DNA of 51,136 bases from an uncultured Myxococcia bacterium (GTDB lineage Bacteria > Myxococcota > Myxococcia > SLRQ01), in the NCBI GenBank assembly GCA_964471535.1, contig CAYYHA010000006.1, positions 1 to 51,136 on the forward strand, written 5' to 3'. Positions 26,879-34,597 of the stretch are shown piece after piece. The notes under the pieces are model-generated. The model did not search any database and was not told the DNA's origin. It worked only from the letters and a program-made list of their open reading frames with translations. How positions within the stretch are numbered: the stretch's first letter is position 1; every line of letters starts with the position of its first letter. The translations under genes were made by a program, and so were the position numbers.

Positions 26879-29407
26879 ATGGCATCCGAAGGCGCCAAGC
26901 CCACCCAGAGCGATCTCGCTGCCCTCGAACAGGCGTTCGCCGCCGATCCAAAATCCGACGCCTACCAGCCGCTGGCCGAGGCCTACCTGGCCCTTGGCCG
27001 CTTCATGGAGGCGATGGTGGTCTGCAAGAAGGGGGTGAAGGGCCACCCCGAGGATCCGGCCGCGCACTGCCTCCTCGCCAAGGTCTACGCCCGGCAGAGC
27101 AAGCACAAGAAGGCGCTGGACGAGCTGGCCCGGGCGCTCGAGATCGATGCCGCCTGTGGCCCTGCCCACGCACTGAAGGCCGAGATCCTCCTGGAGCAGG
27201 GCGAGATGGACGCGGGGGCAGAGCACCTGAAGCGGGCCGCCGACGCGATGCCCGATGACGAGGGGGTGCGCGAGGCGCTGCGCAAGTGGGGGATCGATTA
27301 CGAACCGCCGTCGCCCGCGCCCGAGCCGACCGCGGCGCCGGCCGAAGGTGGGGGGCCTCCACAGGGGGCCGGGCCTCCGGCTGCAGCGCCCGAAGCAACC
27401 GCTGAGACCGCCGCGCCTCCCGCGCCGGTGGAGGACAGCGCCGGCGGGGCCCCGGGGGCGGGCGGCGCCACGCCGAGCCCCACCGAGACGGCGGTCGCCG
27501 GCCCCACAGGGGCGTCGCAGGGCTCGGCCATCGTCGACGCCACCTCTTTGACCGTGCCAGGGACGCAGCCGGTGCCCGGTGCGCCGCAAGCTCCCGGCGT
27601 GGGAGCGGCGCCCGCGGCGGCCGCTGTGGCTCCGCCATCGGCCGAAGTGGTCCTCCCCGAAGGGCCCCCGCCCGGTTATGGCGTGCGTCCCCCCGTGCCA
27701 GCACCTGAGCCAGCGGGCGCCGCCGCGGCCGCGCCTGGGACAGTCGCCCAGCCGGCGACGCCCCCAGGCGGGCCCCCGCCTCCGGCCGGCCCGCCCCCCT
27801 TGGCCGAGGACGACGACTTCGAGACGGGGACCGGGCCGATCCGGGTGCAGGGTACCAAGCGCGGTGGGATGCGTTCGACGCTCCTCCTCGTGCTCGTCGG
27901 CCTCTTGGGACTGGGCGGCTTCGGCGTTTGGTACACGAACGAGGCGGCGACCAAGCGGGAGATCGCCCGGCTTTTGAAGGAGGCGCAGAAGGAGCTCTCC
28001 CACGACAGCTACGCCGCGTACAAGCAGGCGAGCGAGACCTGCGAGAAGATTCTCGAGCTCGATCCCGATCAGTTCGCGGCACATGCCTACCTCGCCTACA
28101 TCGATGTGCTCCGCTGGGGGGAGCATGGCGAGGGCGACGTGATGCTGCAGAGCGCCGAGCGCCACCTCGCCGCCGCCAAGGCGCACGGGAAGGAGCACAG
28201 CCACCTCATTGCGGCGCAGGCCTACTACGACTTCTTCAAGGGGAACGAGGACAAGGCCATCGACGATCTGACCGCGATCCTCGAGCGTCCGGGGACCACC
28301 AGCGGCCTGCTCTCGGGCACCCTCGGCATCATCCAGATGTGGGCCGGACGCCTGGACGACGCCCGCAAATCGCTCATCCGGGCCCAGGAACTCTCGCCGG
28401 GCGAGCCGCGCATCCTCGCTGCTCTCGCCGAGCTGGCACGGCGCCGCGGGCGGGACGCCGAGGCGGCGCGCTACTACGAGAACGCACTCAACTTCGATCC
28501 CCACCACGTGGACTCGCTCCTCGGGGCGGCGCTCCTGATCATCGAGAACGACGCGGTGGACAACGCGCGGGCGGAGCAGTTCCTGAAGAAGGTGGAGGAG
28601 ATGCCCGGCGATCAGAAGTCCCCGCGCCAGCAGGCGATGTACCACTTCGCTCGGGCACAGCTCCTCTACGCCCAGGGCAAGACACAGGAGGCTCGGGCGG
28701 CCGAAGAGAAAGCCAAGATGCTCCTGCCCAACAACGCCGACTTTGCGTCGATGATCGCACGCCGTGAGTTTCGCGCCGGGCACTACGATGCCGCGGTGGA
28801 CGCCATCCGAGAGGCGATTCGCATCGAGCCGAAGCGGGCCACCTTCTACGTGCAGCTCGCCCGCATCCTCCTCGCCAAGCCCGGGGGCGAGCGTGAGGCG
28901 ATCGAGGCTCTCGAGAAGGCGCGCGCCCAGCTCCCCGACAACGTGGATCTGCTCATGCTCCTCGGAGAGGCCAATGCAAAGGCACGGCGCTGGGATGCAG
29001 CATTGGCCGCCTACGAGAAGGTGAAGGCGCTGAAGGGAGACCGCTACGGGCCGGCGCTCCTGGCCATCGGAACCCTCGAGCGCAAGCGACGCAACTTCGA
29101 GGCGGCAAAGAAGACACTCACTCAGGCGGCCGAGGCCTTCGTCGATCCCACCGGCAAGGCGCGGGCGAACCTCGAGCTGGCCCGCATCGCCATCGCCGAG
29201 CGGGACGACGCAGCGGCGCGGAAGCTCCTCGAGCGAGCGCTTCGTCTGGACCCCTCTCTGCCCGACACGTACTTCTTCCTCGGGCAGCAGCTTGCCGGGG
29301 ACCGGCGCGGGCGCGCCACGGCGAAGGAGTTTCTACAGATCTATCTGAAGCGGGATCCGTCGGGGCCCTATGCGGAGCGGGCGCGGGGCCTGATGCGGCG
29401 GCTTTAG
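26879..29407 (+). CDS. TPR-repeat protein with a Pro/Ala-rich linker and one transmembrane segment
   Basis: ATG at 26879 (MASEGAKPTQ). N-terminal TPRs are followed by about 170 aa of P/A-rich low complexity. The TM segment is MRSTLLLVLVGLLGLGGFGVWY, followed by about 470 aa of TPR repeats. Confidence 0.8.
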   Translation: MASEGAKPTQSDLAALEQAFAADPKSDAYQPLAEAYLALGRFMEAMVVCKKGVKGHPEDPAAHCLLAKVYARQSKHKKALDELARALEIDAACGPAHALKAEILLEQGEMDAGAEHLKRAADAMPDDEGVREALRKWGIDYEPPSPAPEPTAAPAEGGGPPQGAGPPAAAPEATAETAAPPAPVEDSAGGAPGAGGATPSPTETAVAGPTGASQGSAIVDATSLTVPGTQPVPGAPQAPGVGAAPAAAAVAPPSAEVVLPEGPPPGYGVRPPVPAPEPAGAAAAAPGTVAQPATPPGGPPPPAGPPPLAEDDDFETGTGPIRVQGTKRGGMRSTLLLVLVGLLGLGGFGVWYTNEAATKREIARLLKEAQKELSHDSYAAYKQASETCEKILELDPDQFAAHAYLAYIDVLRWGEHGEGDVMLQSAERHLAAAKAHGKEHSHLIAAQAYYDFFKGNEDKAIDDLTAILERPGTTSGLLSGTLGIIQMWAGRLDDARKSLIRAQELSPGEPRILAALAELARRRGRDAEAARYYENALNFDPHHVDSLLGAALLIIENDAVDNARAEQFLKKVEEMPGDQKSPRQQAMYHFARAQLLYAQGKTQEARAAEEKAKMLLPNNADFASMIARREFRAGHYDAAVDAIREAIRIEPKRATFYVQLARILLAKPGGEREAIEALEKARAQLPDNVDLLMLLGEANAKARRWDAALAAYEKVKALKGDRYGPALLAIGTLERKRRNFEAAKKTLTQAAEAFVDPTGKARANLELARIAIAERDDAAARKLLERALRLDPSLPDTYFFLGQQLAGDRRGRATAKEFLQIYLKRDPSGPYAERARGLMRRL

Positions 29408-29417
29408 GACAGCGGCT

Positions 29418-29957
29418 GTGGGCGTGCTCGCATTGATGCTCGTCGCTACCTGTGTGGGGGTGGTCCTTATCCTTCTCCTGGTGGCAGCCGGTCCCAACCC
29501 CGCGGCAGCCGGGATCGCAGGCCGCCCTGCGCCCGAGGGCACCGATCTCGCCGGGGGGGATGCGTGGCTTGCGGGGCTCTCCCGTGAGGAGTTCACCCGG
29601 CTTCTGGCGCGCCTCTTCGAGGAGCTCGGCTTCGAGATCACGCCCCTCGAGTCGGGCGCAGGCGAAGCGGTGCTCCTCATCGCCGAGGACCCCACCCCCA
29701 TTCGCGGTGTGAAGATGCTGGTGTGGGGGCAGCCGCTCGCCCCCGCAGGTGCGTTGGGGGCCGAGGTCGTGCGCGAGGCGATGGAGATGGTACGGGGCGA
29801 GGATGCGGGAAAGGGCGTGGTGGTCACGCCAGGGCGCTTCACCGCGGAGGCGCGGACCCTCGCCGCATCGCTCCCCATCGACCTCCTCGACGGTAGGGCC
29901 CTCCTCGAGCAGGTCAAGAAGAAGCTGCCGCAGGTTGCGGCGCAAAAGCAGGTCTGA
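29418..29957 (+). CDS. membrane-anchored Mrr-like (restriction endonuclease fold) domain protein, probably catalytically degenerate
   Basis: GTG start 10 nt after the TPR stop. N-terminal TM segment. The Mrr_cat-like layout is FTRLLARLFEELGFEI...EAVLLIAED...MLVWGQ...GKGVVVTPGRFTAEA...IDLLDG. The position of the usual QxK Lys is occupied by WGQ. Confidence 0.58.
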   Translation: MGVLALMLVATCVGVVLILLLVAAGPNPAAAGIAGRPAPEGTDLAGGDAWLAGLSREEFTRLLARLFEELGFEITPLESGAGEAVLLIAEDPTPIRGVKMLVWGQPLAPAGALGAEVVREAMEMVRGEDAGKGVVVTPGRFTAEARTLAASLPIDLLDGRALLEQVKKKLPQVAAQKQV

Positions 29958-30085
29958 AGGGCGCTGGGGCAGCCCTGCACTGCCGCGGCCTGTGGCGGAG
30001 AGGCTCGGCCGCGGCGAACGACCGTCCCCAAGGACCGTCGCCGGTGCCGGGGCGTGCCCCCCACCCGCCACAGGCGGGGCGCTTA

Positions 30086-30310
30086 CTACTCCTGCATCTT
30101 CCGCAGGACCTCGTCCTTCCGCCCTTCTTCGATGAGCTTGTCGTTGTCGAGGCCCATCTTGAGGCTCCACCAGGTGAAGAAGCCGAAGATGAAGAGCATG
30201 AAGACGATGGGGATGTTGTCCGGCTTGGAGATGATCGCCCAGAAGTTGTCGAATCCGCTGGGCGGCGCGGTGCTGCCGGAAGCAAGAAGGGTCATGAGGC
30301 TGGTGATCAT
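30086..30310 (-). CDS. small (74-aa) membrane protein
   Basis: GGAG RBS before the ATG at 30310. The TM stretch is NIPIVFMLFIFGFFTWWSL. GC3-biased. It is divergent from the cupredoxin gene. Confidence 0.55.
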   Translation of the reverse strand: MITSLMTLLASGSTAPPSGFDNFWAIISKPDNIPIVFMLFIFGFFTWWSLKMGLDNDKLIEEGRKDEVLRKMQE

Positions 30311-30617
30311 GAGGACTCCAAAGGGCTCGCGAACGGAGTGGGGAAGATGCACCCGTGAGGAGGTGCATCTAACGAAGGCGTTGGGGCGGTGTCAACGACC
30401 GCGGCCACGCCGCGCGAAGGCACTCGTTCCCGGGCGCAACGGGGTTAACGGCGCTCGTGTCCGCCATCTTGACCGTGGACAGGTCAGTTGTTACGCACTG
30501 CGCCAGATCGTCGCACCCCGGCGGCAATCCAGCGTCGCGGGTGCGTCCACACCAACCCAAGCTGTCACACCTGTATTCACTCAAGGGTGTCGCCGAGGGG
30601 CGACGAGGAGTAGCACG

Positions 30618-31445
30618 ATGATGAAGCGAATCGCTGGCGTTCTTGCGGTGCTCGCACTGGTGGCGGTCACTGGCTGTGAATCGAAGGGTGGCACAGGTGA
30701 GGCCCCCGCGGCTGCGCCCGCAGCCGCCAAGAAGGAGGCTCCCAAGAAGGAGGAGGCGAAGACGGAGGCTCCCAAGAAGGAGGAGGCCAAGCCGGCGGCC
30801 GCGGCGGAGGGCAATCGGAAGATCACGGGCGTTGTGACCTTCGAGGGTGAGCCCCCGCCGCGCACCGAGCTGAAGATGAACGCCGACCCGGTCTGCGCAA
30901 AGAAGAGCAAGGGTGCCAAGTCGGAGTCGGTGCTGGTGAAGGACGGGAAGCTCCAGAACGTGGTCGTCTACATCTCCTCGGAGCTGCCCGCCAAGCCAGG
31001 CACGGGCGAGGTCGAGATCCACCAGAACGGGTGCCTGTATCGCCCCCGCGTGCAGTGCGCGTCCGCGGGCCAGACGATCAAGATCGTCAACGGCGACGAG
31101 ACCATGCACAACGTGCACGCCTACCTCGGCGAGGGCAAGGCCAAGACCCTCTTCAACCAGGCCCAGGTGCCCCACGGGCCGGCGATCACCAAGTCCACCA
31201 AGAAGGCGGGCGAGCTGTGGCACTTCACCTGTGACGTGCACCCGTGGATGGAGGGCTTCATCTTCGTGGCCAACAACGGCTACTGCGCCGTCACGGGCGA
31301 GGATGGGAAGTTCACCATCGAGGGCCTCGCCCCAGGTGAGTACGAGCTGACCTTCTGGCACGAGAAGTACGGCACCAAGACCCAGAAGGTGACGGTTCCC
31401 GCGGACAAGGACGCGGAGGTCACCGTGGCCTACGCCGCGAAGTAG
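30618..31445 (+). CDS. amicyanin/plastocyanin-like type-1 copper lipoprotein fused to a carboxypeptidase-regulatory-like beta-sandwich
   Basis: Lipobox LVAVTGC with a Lys/Glu/Ala/Pro linker. The T1Cu ligand pattern is GDETMHNVHAY plus FTCDVHPWMEGFIFV (C-x2-H-x2-M, as in amicyanin CTPHPFM). The C-terminal part is VTGEDGKFTIEGLAPGEYELTFWHEKYG. Confidence 0.85.
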   Translation: MMKRIAGVLAVLALVAVTGCESKGGTGEAPAAAPAAAKKEAPKKEEAKTEAPKKEEAKPAAAAEGNRKITGVVTFEGEPPPRTELKMNADPVCAKKSKGAKSESVLVKDGKLQNVVVYISSELPAKPGTGEVEIHQNGCLYRPRVQCASAGQTIKIVNGDETMHNVHAYLGEGKAKTLFNQAQVPHGPAITKSTKKAGELWHFTCDVHPWMEGFIFVANNGYCAVTGEDGKFTIEGLAPGEYELTFWHEKYGTKTQKVTVPADKDAEVTVAYAAK

Positions 31446-31495
31446 GCCCACTCGCCCGGCTCGCTCGGCTGCACGGCCGCGCGAGCTCCACTGCA

Positions 31496-31540
31496 GGCGG
31501 TGCGCCTCTCCGTGGAGGCGCGCCGCCTTCGTCGTTTCGG
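31496..31540 (+). terminator. probable intrinsic terminator after the cupredoxin gene
   Basis: GGCGGTGCGCCTC-TCCGTG-GAGGCGCGCCGCC is a 13-bp stem with one G:T pair. It is followed by TTCGTCGTTTCGG. Confidence 0.5.
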
Positions 31541-31626
31541 CGGCGCCGGAGGCGGCCACCTCGGCGCGGTGAGGTGGTTTTGTGGATGCAAAAGCCACCC
31601 GGCGGCTCTATAGTGCGCCCGCTTCG

Positions 31627-32511
31627 ATGGAGCGCGTCGCCACACCGCTGCGGCCAAGCCTGGCCGACTGGATCTCCCTGACCAAGCCGGGGATCACCCG
31701 GATGGTGGTGATCTCCACCATCGGCGGCATGTGGCTCGCCCCCGAGACGATGCAGCTCTCCACAGCGCTTCTCACCGTGCTGGGGATGGTCCTCGTCGTC
31801 TCCGGGGCCAACGCCCTCAACTGCTACCTCGAGCGCGAGGTGGACCGGCACATGGACCGCACCGCGGATCGGCCGCTCCCCGCCGGAAGGATGGATCCCG
31901 AGGGCGCGCTCTACTTCGGGCTCGCCCTCTCGGCCGTGAGCATTCCGCTTCTGACGCTGGGGGCCGGCCCCTTGGCAGCGCTCCTCGCCGGAGCGGCGCT
32001 GGTGCTCTACGTCCTGGTCTACACCCCGCTCAAGCGCCTCTCACCCTTGTCCACGGTCGTGGGGGCCTTTCCCGGCGCACTGCCCACGCTCGTGGGCTAT
32101 GCCGCCGTCTCCGAGACCCTCCGGCCGCCGGCCTTCGTGCTCTTCGCGATTCTCTTCCTGTGGCAGATGCCACACTTCTATGCGATCGGCCTGTTCCGGC
32201 GGGAGGAGTACGCAGCAGCCGGACTCCAGATCGCGTCGGTCGTGCATGGCGAGGTTGCGACGCGGGTGCAGATGGCGCGCTATGCGACGGCGCTCCTCCC
32301 CGTCTCTCTGCTCCTCGTGCCGATGGGGGCGGCGGGCGTGGTGTACGCCCTGGGTGCGGCGGTGCTCGGCATCGCGTTCCTGCTTCTGTGCATCGTGGGA
32401 GTGCTGCGGGGCGGAGGCAGGCGCTGGGCTCGGCTGGTCTTCCATGGATCGCTCGTCTACCTCCTCGGGCTCATCGCCGTGCTCGTCGCCGATGCCATCG
32501 TCCGCGCCTGA
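31627..32511 (+). CDS. ctaB: protoheme IX farnesyltransferase (heme O synthase)
   Basis: LTKPGITRM, NCYLEREVDRHMDRTADRPLPAG and multiple TM segments. The start is ATG at 31627. The track's GTG at 31582 is possible, but it lies within a stem-loop. Confidence 0.9.
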   Translation: MERVATPLRPSLADWISLTKPGITRMVVISTIGGMWLAPETMQLSTALLTVLGMVLVVSGANALNCYLEREVDRHMDRTADRPLPAGRMDPEGALYFGLALSAVSIPLLTLGAGPLAALLAGAALVLYVLVYTPLKRLSPLSTVVGAFPGALPTLVGYAAVSETLRPPAFVLFAILFLWQMPHFYAIGLFRREEYAAAGLQIASVVHGEVATRVQMARYATALLPVSLLLVPMGAAGVVYALGAAVLGIAFLLLCIVGVLRGGGRRWARLVFHGSLVYLLGLIAVLVADAIVRA

Positions 32512-32527
32512 ATCGGGAGCTTCGCCG

Positions 32528-33163
32528 ATGGAGACGCGCCGTTCCAAGGGCCAGAAAGCCGCGCTGTGGATCCTCTTCGCCGCCGCGATCCTGGCGGTGC
32601 CGGCGGTCGCCTGGGTGCGATCCTCGCCGGAGCCGCCGGTGCTCTTCGAGCTGCCGGAGTTCCATCTCGTCGATCAAGCGGGGCGACCCTTCGACCGGCA
32701 GGCGATGCTCGGAGAGGTTTGGATCGTCGATTTCATCTACACCCGCTGCGCTGGGTCCTGCCCCATGCTCACGCAGCGGATGCGGGAGGCGAAGGCGCGT
32801 CTCGACGCAACGCCCGAGGGCCGCCGGGTGCGGCTCCTCTCGATCACTGTGGACCCGACGACCGATACACCGGAGCGTCTCGCCGACTACGCACGGAAGT
32901 GGGCCGGCGACGACGGGCGGTGGATCTTCGCCACCGGCGAGAAGGCGGCGGTGGAAGCGGCGGTCATCCAGGGGTTCAAGACGGCGATGGGCCCCGTGCC
33001 CCAAGGAGCAGAGGTTCCCCAGGGCTTCGACATCCTCCACGGGAAGCGCCTCGTCCTGGTGGATCCCAAGGCACGGATCCGCGGGTACTACGAGGCGACG
33101 CCAGAGGGGCTCGATGCCCTGGTGGCGGCAGCTCGCCGCCTCGCTGACTCCGGAGGGGCGTAG
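32528..33163 (+). CDS. SCO1/SenC-family copper chaperone
   Basis: ATG at 32528 with an N-terminal TM anchor. The thioredoxin-fold CxxxC is FIYTRCAGSCP, with the downstream His in DILHGKRLVLVD. Confidence 0.88.
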   Translation: METRRSKGQKAALWILFAAAILAVPAVAWVRSSPEPPVLFELPEFHLVDQAGRPFDRQAMLGEVWIVDFIYTRCAGSCPMLTQRMREAKARLDATPEGRRVRLLSITVDPTTDTPERLADYARKWAGDDGRWIFATGEKAAVEAAVIQGFKTAMGPVPQGAEVPQGFDILHGKRLVLVDPKARIRGYYEATPEGLDALVAAARRLADSGGA

Positions 33164-33251
33164 CGCCCGACGGACCCAGGTTGCACGGCGTGCCGCGGCT
33201 CGCGGAGACGGCTGGTTGTGCCGCCCACCGCGTCCGGTATGATGCGCTTCC

Positions 33252-34466
33252 ATGCGCGGGGCGTCGTGGCGGGTGGAAGACCGGGTCAGGGTCCAACGGA
33301 CCGTGGGGGGCCGCACAGTGGGGAGGCACGGCGGTGCGGCCGCCCTCGCCGCGGGTCGCCTTGTTGCCCTTGGACTCGTTGGGGCAGGGCTCGTCGGAGC
33401 CGGATGCTCCTTCTTGCTCGACCTCGACCCCATCGAGGGGCACCCCTGCGCCGTGGATGGTGGGCCAGCGTGTCTTCCTGGCTATGCCTGCATCGATGGG
33501 ATCTGCCAGCGGGCCGGTGACGGCGTGAAGACCTGCCCAGCCGAGTGCCCTGCCGGACAGAAGTGCGACCTGCGGGTGGGCAAGTGCGCGGACCTGTGTG
33601 CCGCCAGCGTCTGCGAGACGGGGCAGGGCTGCCACGCGGGTGAGGCGTGTGCACCCATCGGCAGCGGCGTGGGCCGAAGCTGCAGCGTCGATTCGGATTG
33701 CGCCGGCGCCATCCCCGGCTGCTCCACGGATCCCGCCGCGCCCGCGGCGGTGCACTGTGTGTGTGCCGTTCCGCTGAGTGGAGCGACGGGCCTCTGCCTC
33801 GGGATCCCTGCGGTCGCTCAAGACTGCGCCGCCTGCGGTGAGACGGCGTGCATCCCAGTGCCGTTCTCCGGCGCCGGGCCCGGGGTGGTCTGTGCGCCCG
33901 GCGGGTTTCGGGGCTGCGAGGGGCCCGTGGACTGTGCCGACCCGGAGACGGATCTCGAGTGCACCCTCTTCGCCTGGCCCGGAGATCCAGGATGGCGCCA
34001 GCCAGGCGAGCCTGAGGGGGGCGTGCAGGCGCTCGGGTACTTCTCTGCGTGCGCTTCGAAGGGGGAAGCTGCGGAGAAGGCCGTGGGTGAAGGCTGCGAT
34101 CCTGCGCTGCTCACCTGCCGGACCGGGCTCTGCCTCCTCGATGGCACGGGCGCCGGGCTGTGCACCCGCGCCTGTGGTGCCGACGGAGCCTGCGCTGGCA
34201 TCTCCGAGGGCCGATGTGTCGCCGCGCCCGTGGCTTCGGTGCTCGACGGGCGGCAGACCTTCGACGTGGCGCGCGTCTGCGGCGCCGGCCCCACCCTGGG
34301 CGCCGCCTGCGATGCGGATCCGGGTGTGTGCGGAAACGATGCGCCTTTGTGCGCGCCCCATCCCGACCTGGGCTCGAAGTACTGCACGCGGGCCTGTGTG
34401 GACGATGGGGACTGCGACGCCGCCCGCGGCTTCCGCTGCCGGCCCGGCGTGTGGCAGTGCTTCTAG
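33252..34466 (+). CDS. Cys-rich lipoprotein (related to the 16-Cys repeat family)
   Basis: Lipobox LVGAGC. The mature part of about 350 aa has dense Cys spacing and ends ...GSKYCTRACVDDGDCDAARGFRCRPGVWQCF, matching the repeat consensus seen at 13.8-14.7 kb. Confidence 0.7.
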   Translation: MRGASWRVEDRVRVQRTVGGRTVGRHGGAAALAAGRLVALGLVGAGLVGAGCSFLLDLDPIEGHPCAVDGGPACLPGYACIDGICQRAGDGVKTCPAECPAGQKCDLRVGKCADLCAASVCETGQGCHAGEACAPIGSGVGRSCSVDSDCAGAIPGCSTDPAAPAAVHCVCAVPLSGATGLCLGIPAVAQDCAACGETACIPVPFSGAGPGVVCAPGGFRGCEGPVDCADPETDLECTLFAWPGDPGWRQPGEPEGGVQALGYFSACASKGEAAEKAVGEGCDPALLTCRTGLCLLDGTGAGLCTRACGADGACAGISEGRCVAAPVASVLDGRQTFDVARVCGAGPTLGAACDADPGVCGNDAPLCAPHPDLGSKYCTRACVDDGDCDAARGFRCRPGVWQCF

Positions 34467-34597
34467 GGGGCACGGCGGGGCCCCTCGGCTGCGGGCACGG
34501 GCCGGACGCGGCTGGCCGGGCGGCACCTGTCCGTGGCGCAGCTTGGGTCTGGTGCACCGCGTCCCCGCCGACGGGCTGCTGCGGCCGGCCGGGGGTG

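Noticed and set aside
27300-27850. A Pro/Ala-rich low-complexity stretch that might be a separate gene or a non-coding region.
   Set aside because: It is in frame and continuous with TPR repeats on both sides, and it is followed by a TM helix. It is best read as a linker within one protein.
26816-28783. A 655-aa minus-strand ORF. Similar long antisense ORFs occur at 12721-14205, 38438-39715, 21938-23572, 17875-18996 and 23886-25076.
   Set aside because: Each lies opposite a gene with strong motif support (TPR protein, protease, ctaD, OB-module lipoproteins and others) and has the Arg/Gly/Pro-rich composition of GC-rich shadow frames.
30469-30497. TTGACC-N17-TACGCA and an inverted repeat TGACC-N7-GGTCA upstream of the cupredoxin gene, as a promoter or an FNR/CRP-type site.
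   Set aside because: The -10 hexamer is poor. The half-site spacing (7 nt) does not fit FNR (N4) or CRP (N6) consensus geometry. The support is too weak to list as a feature.
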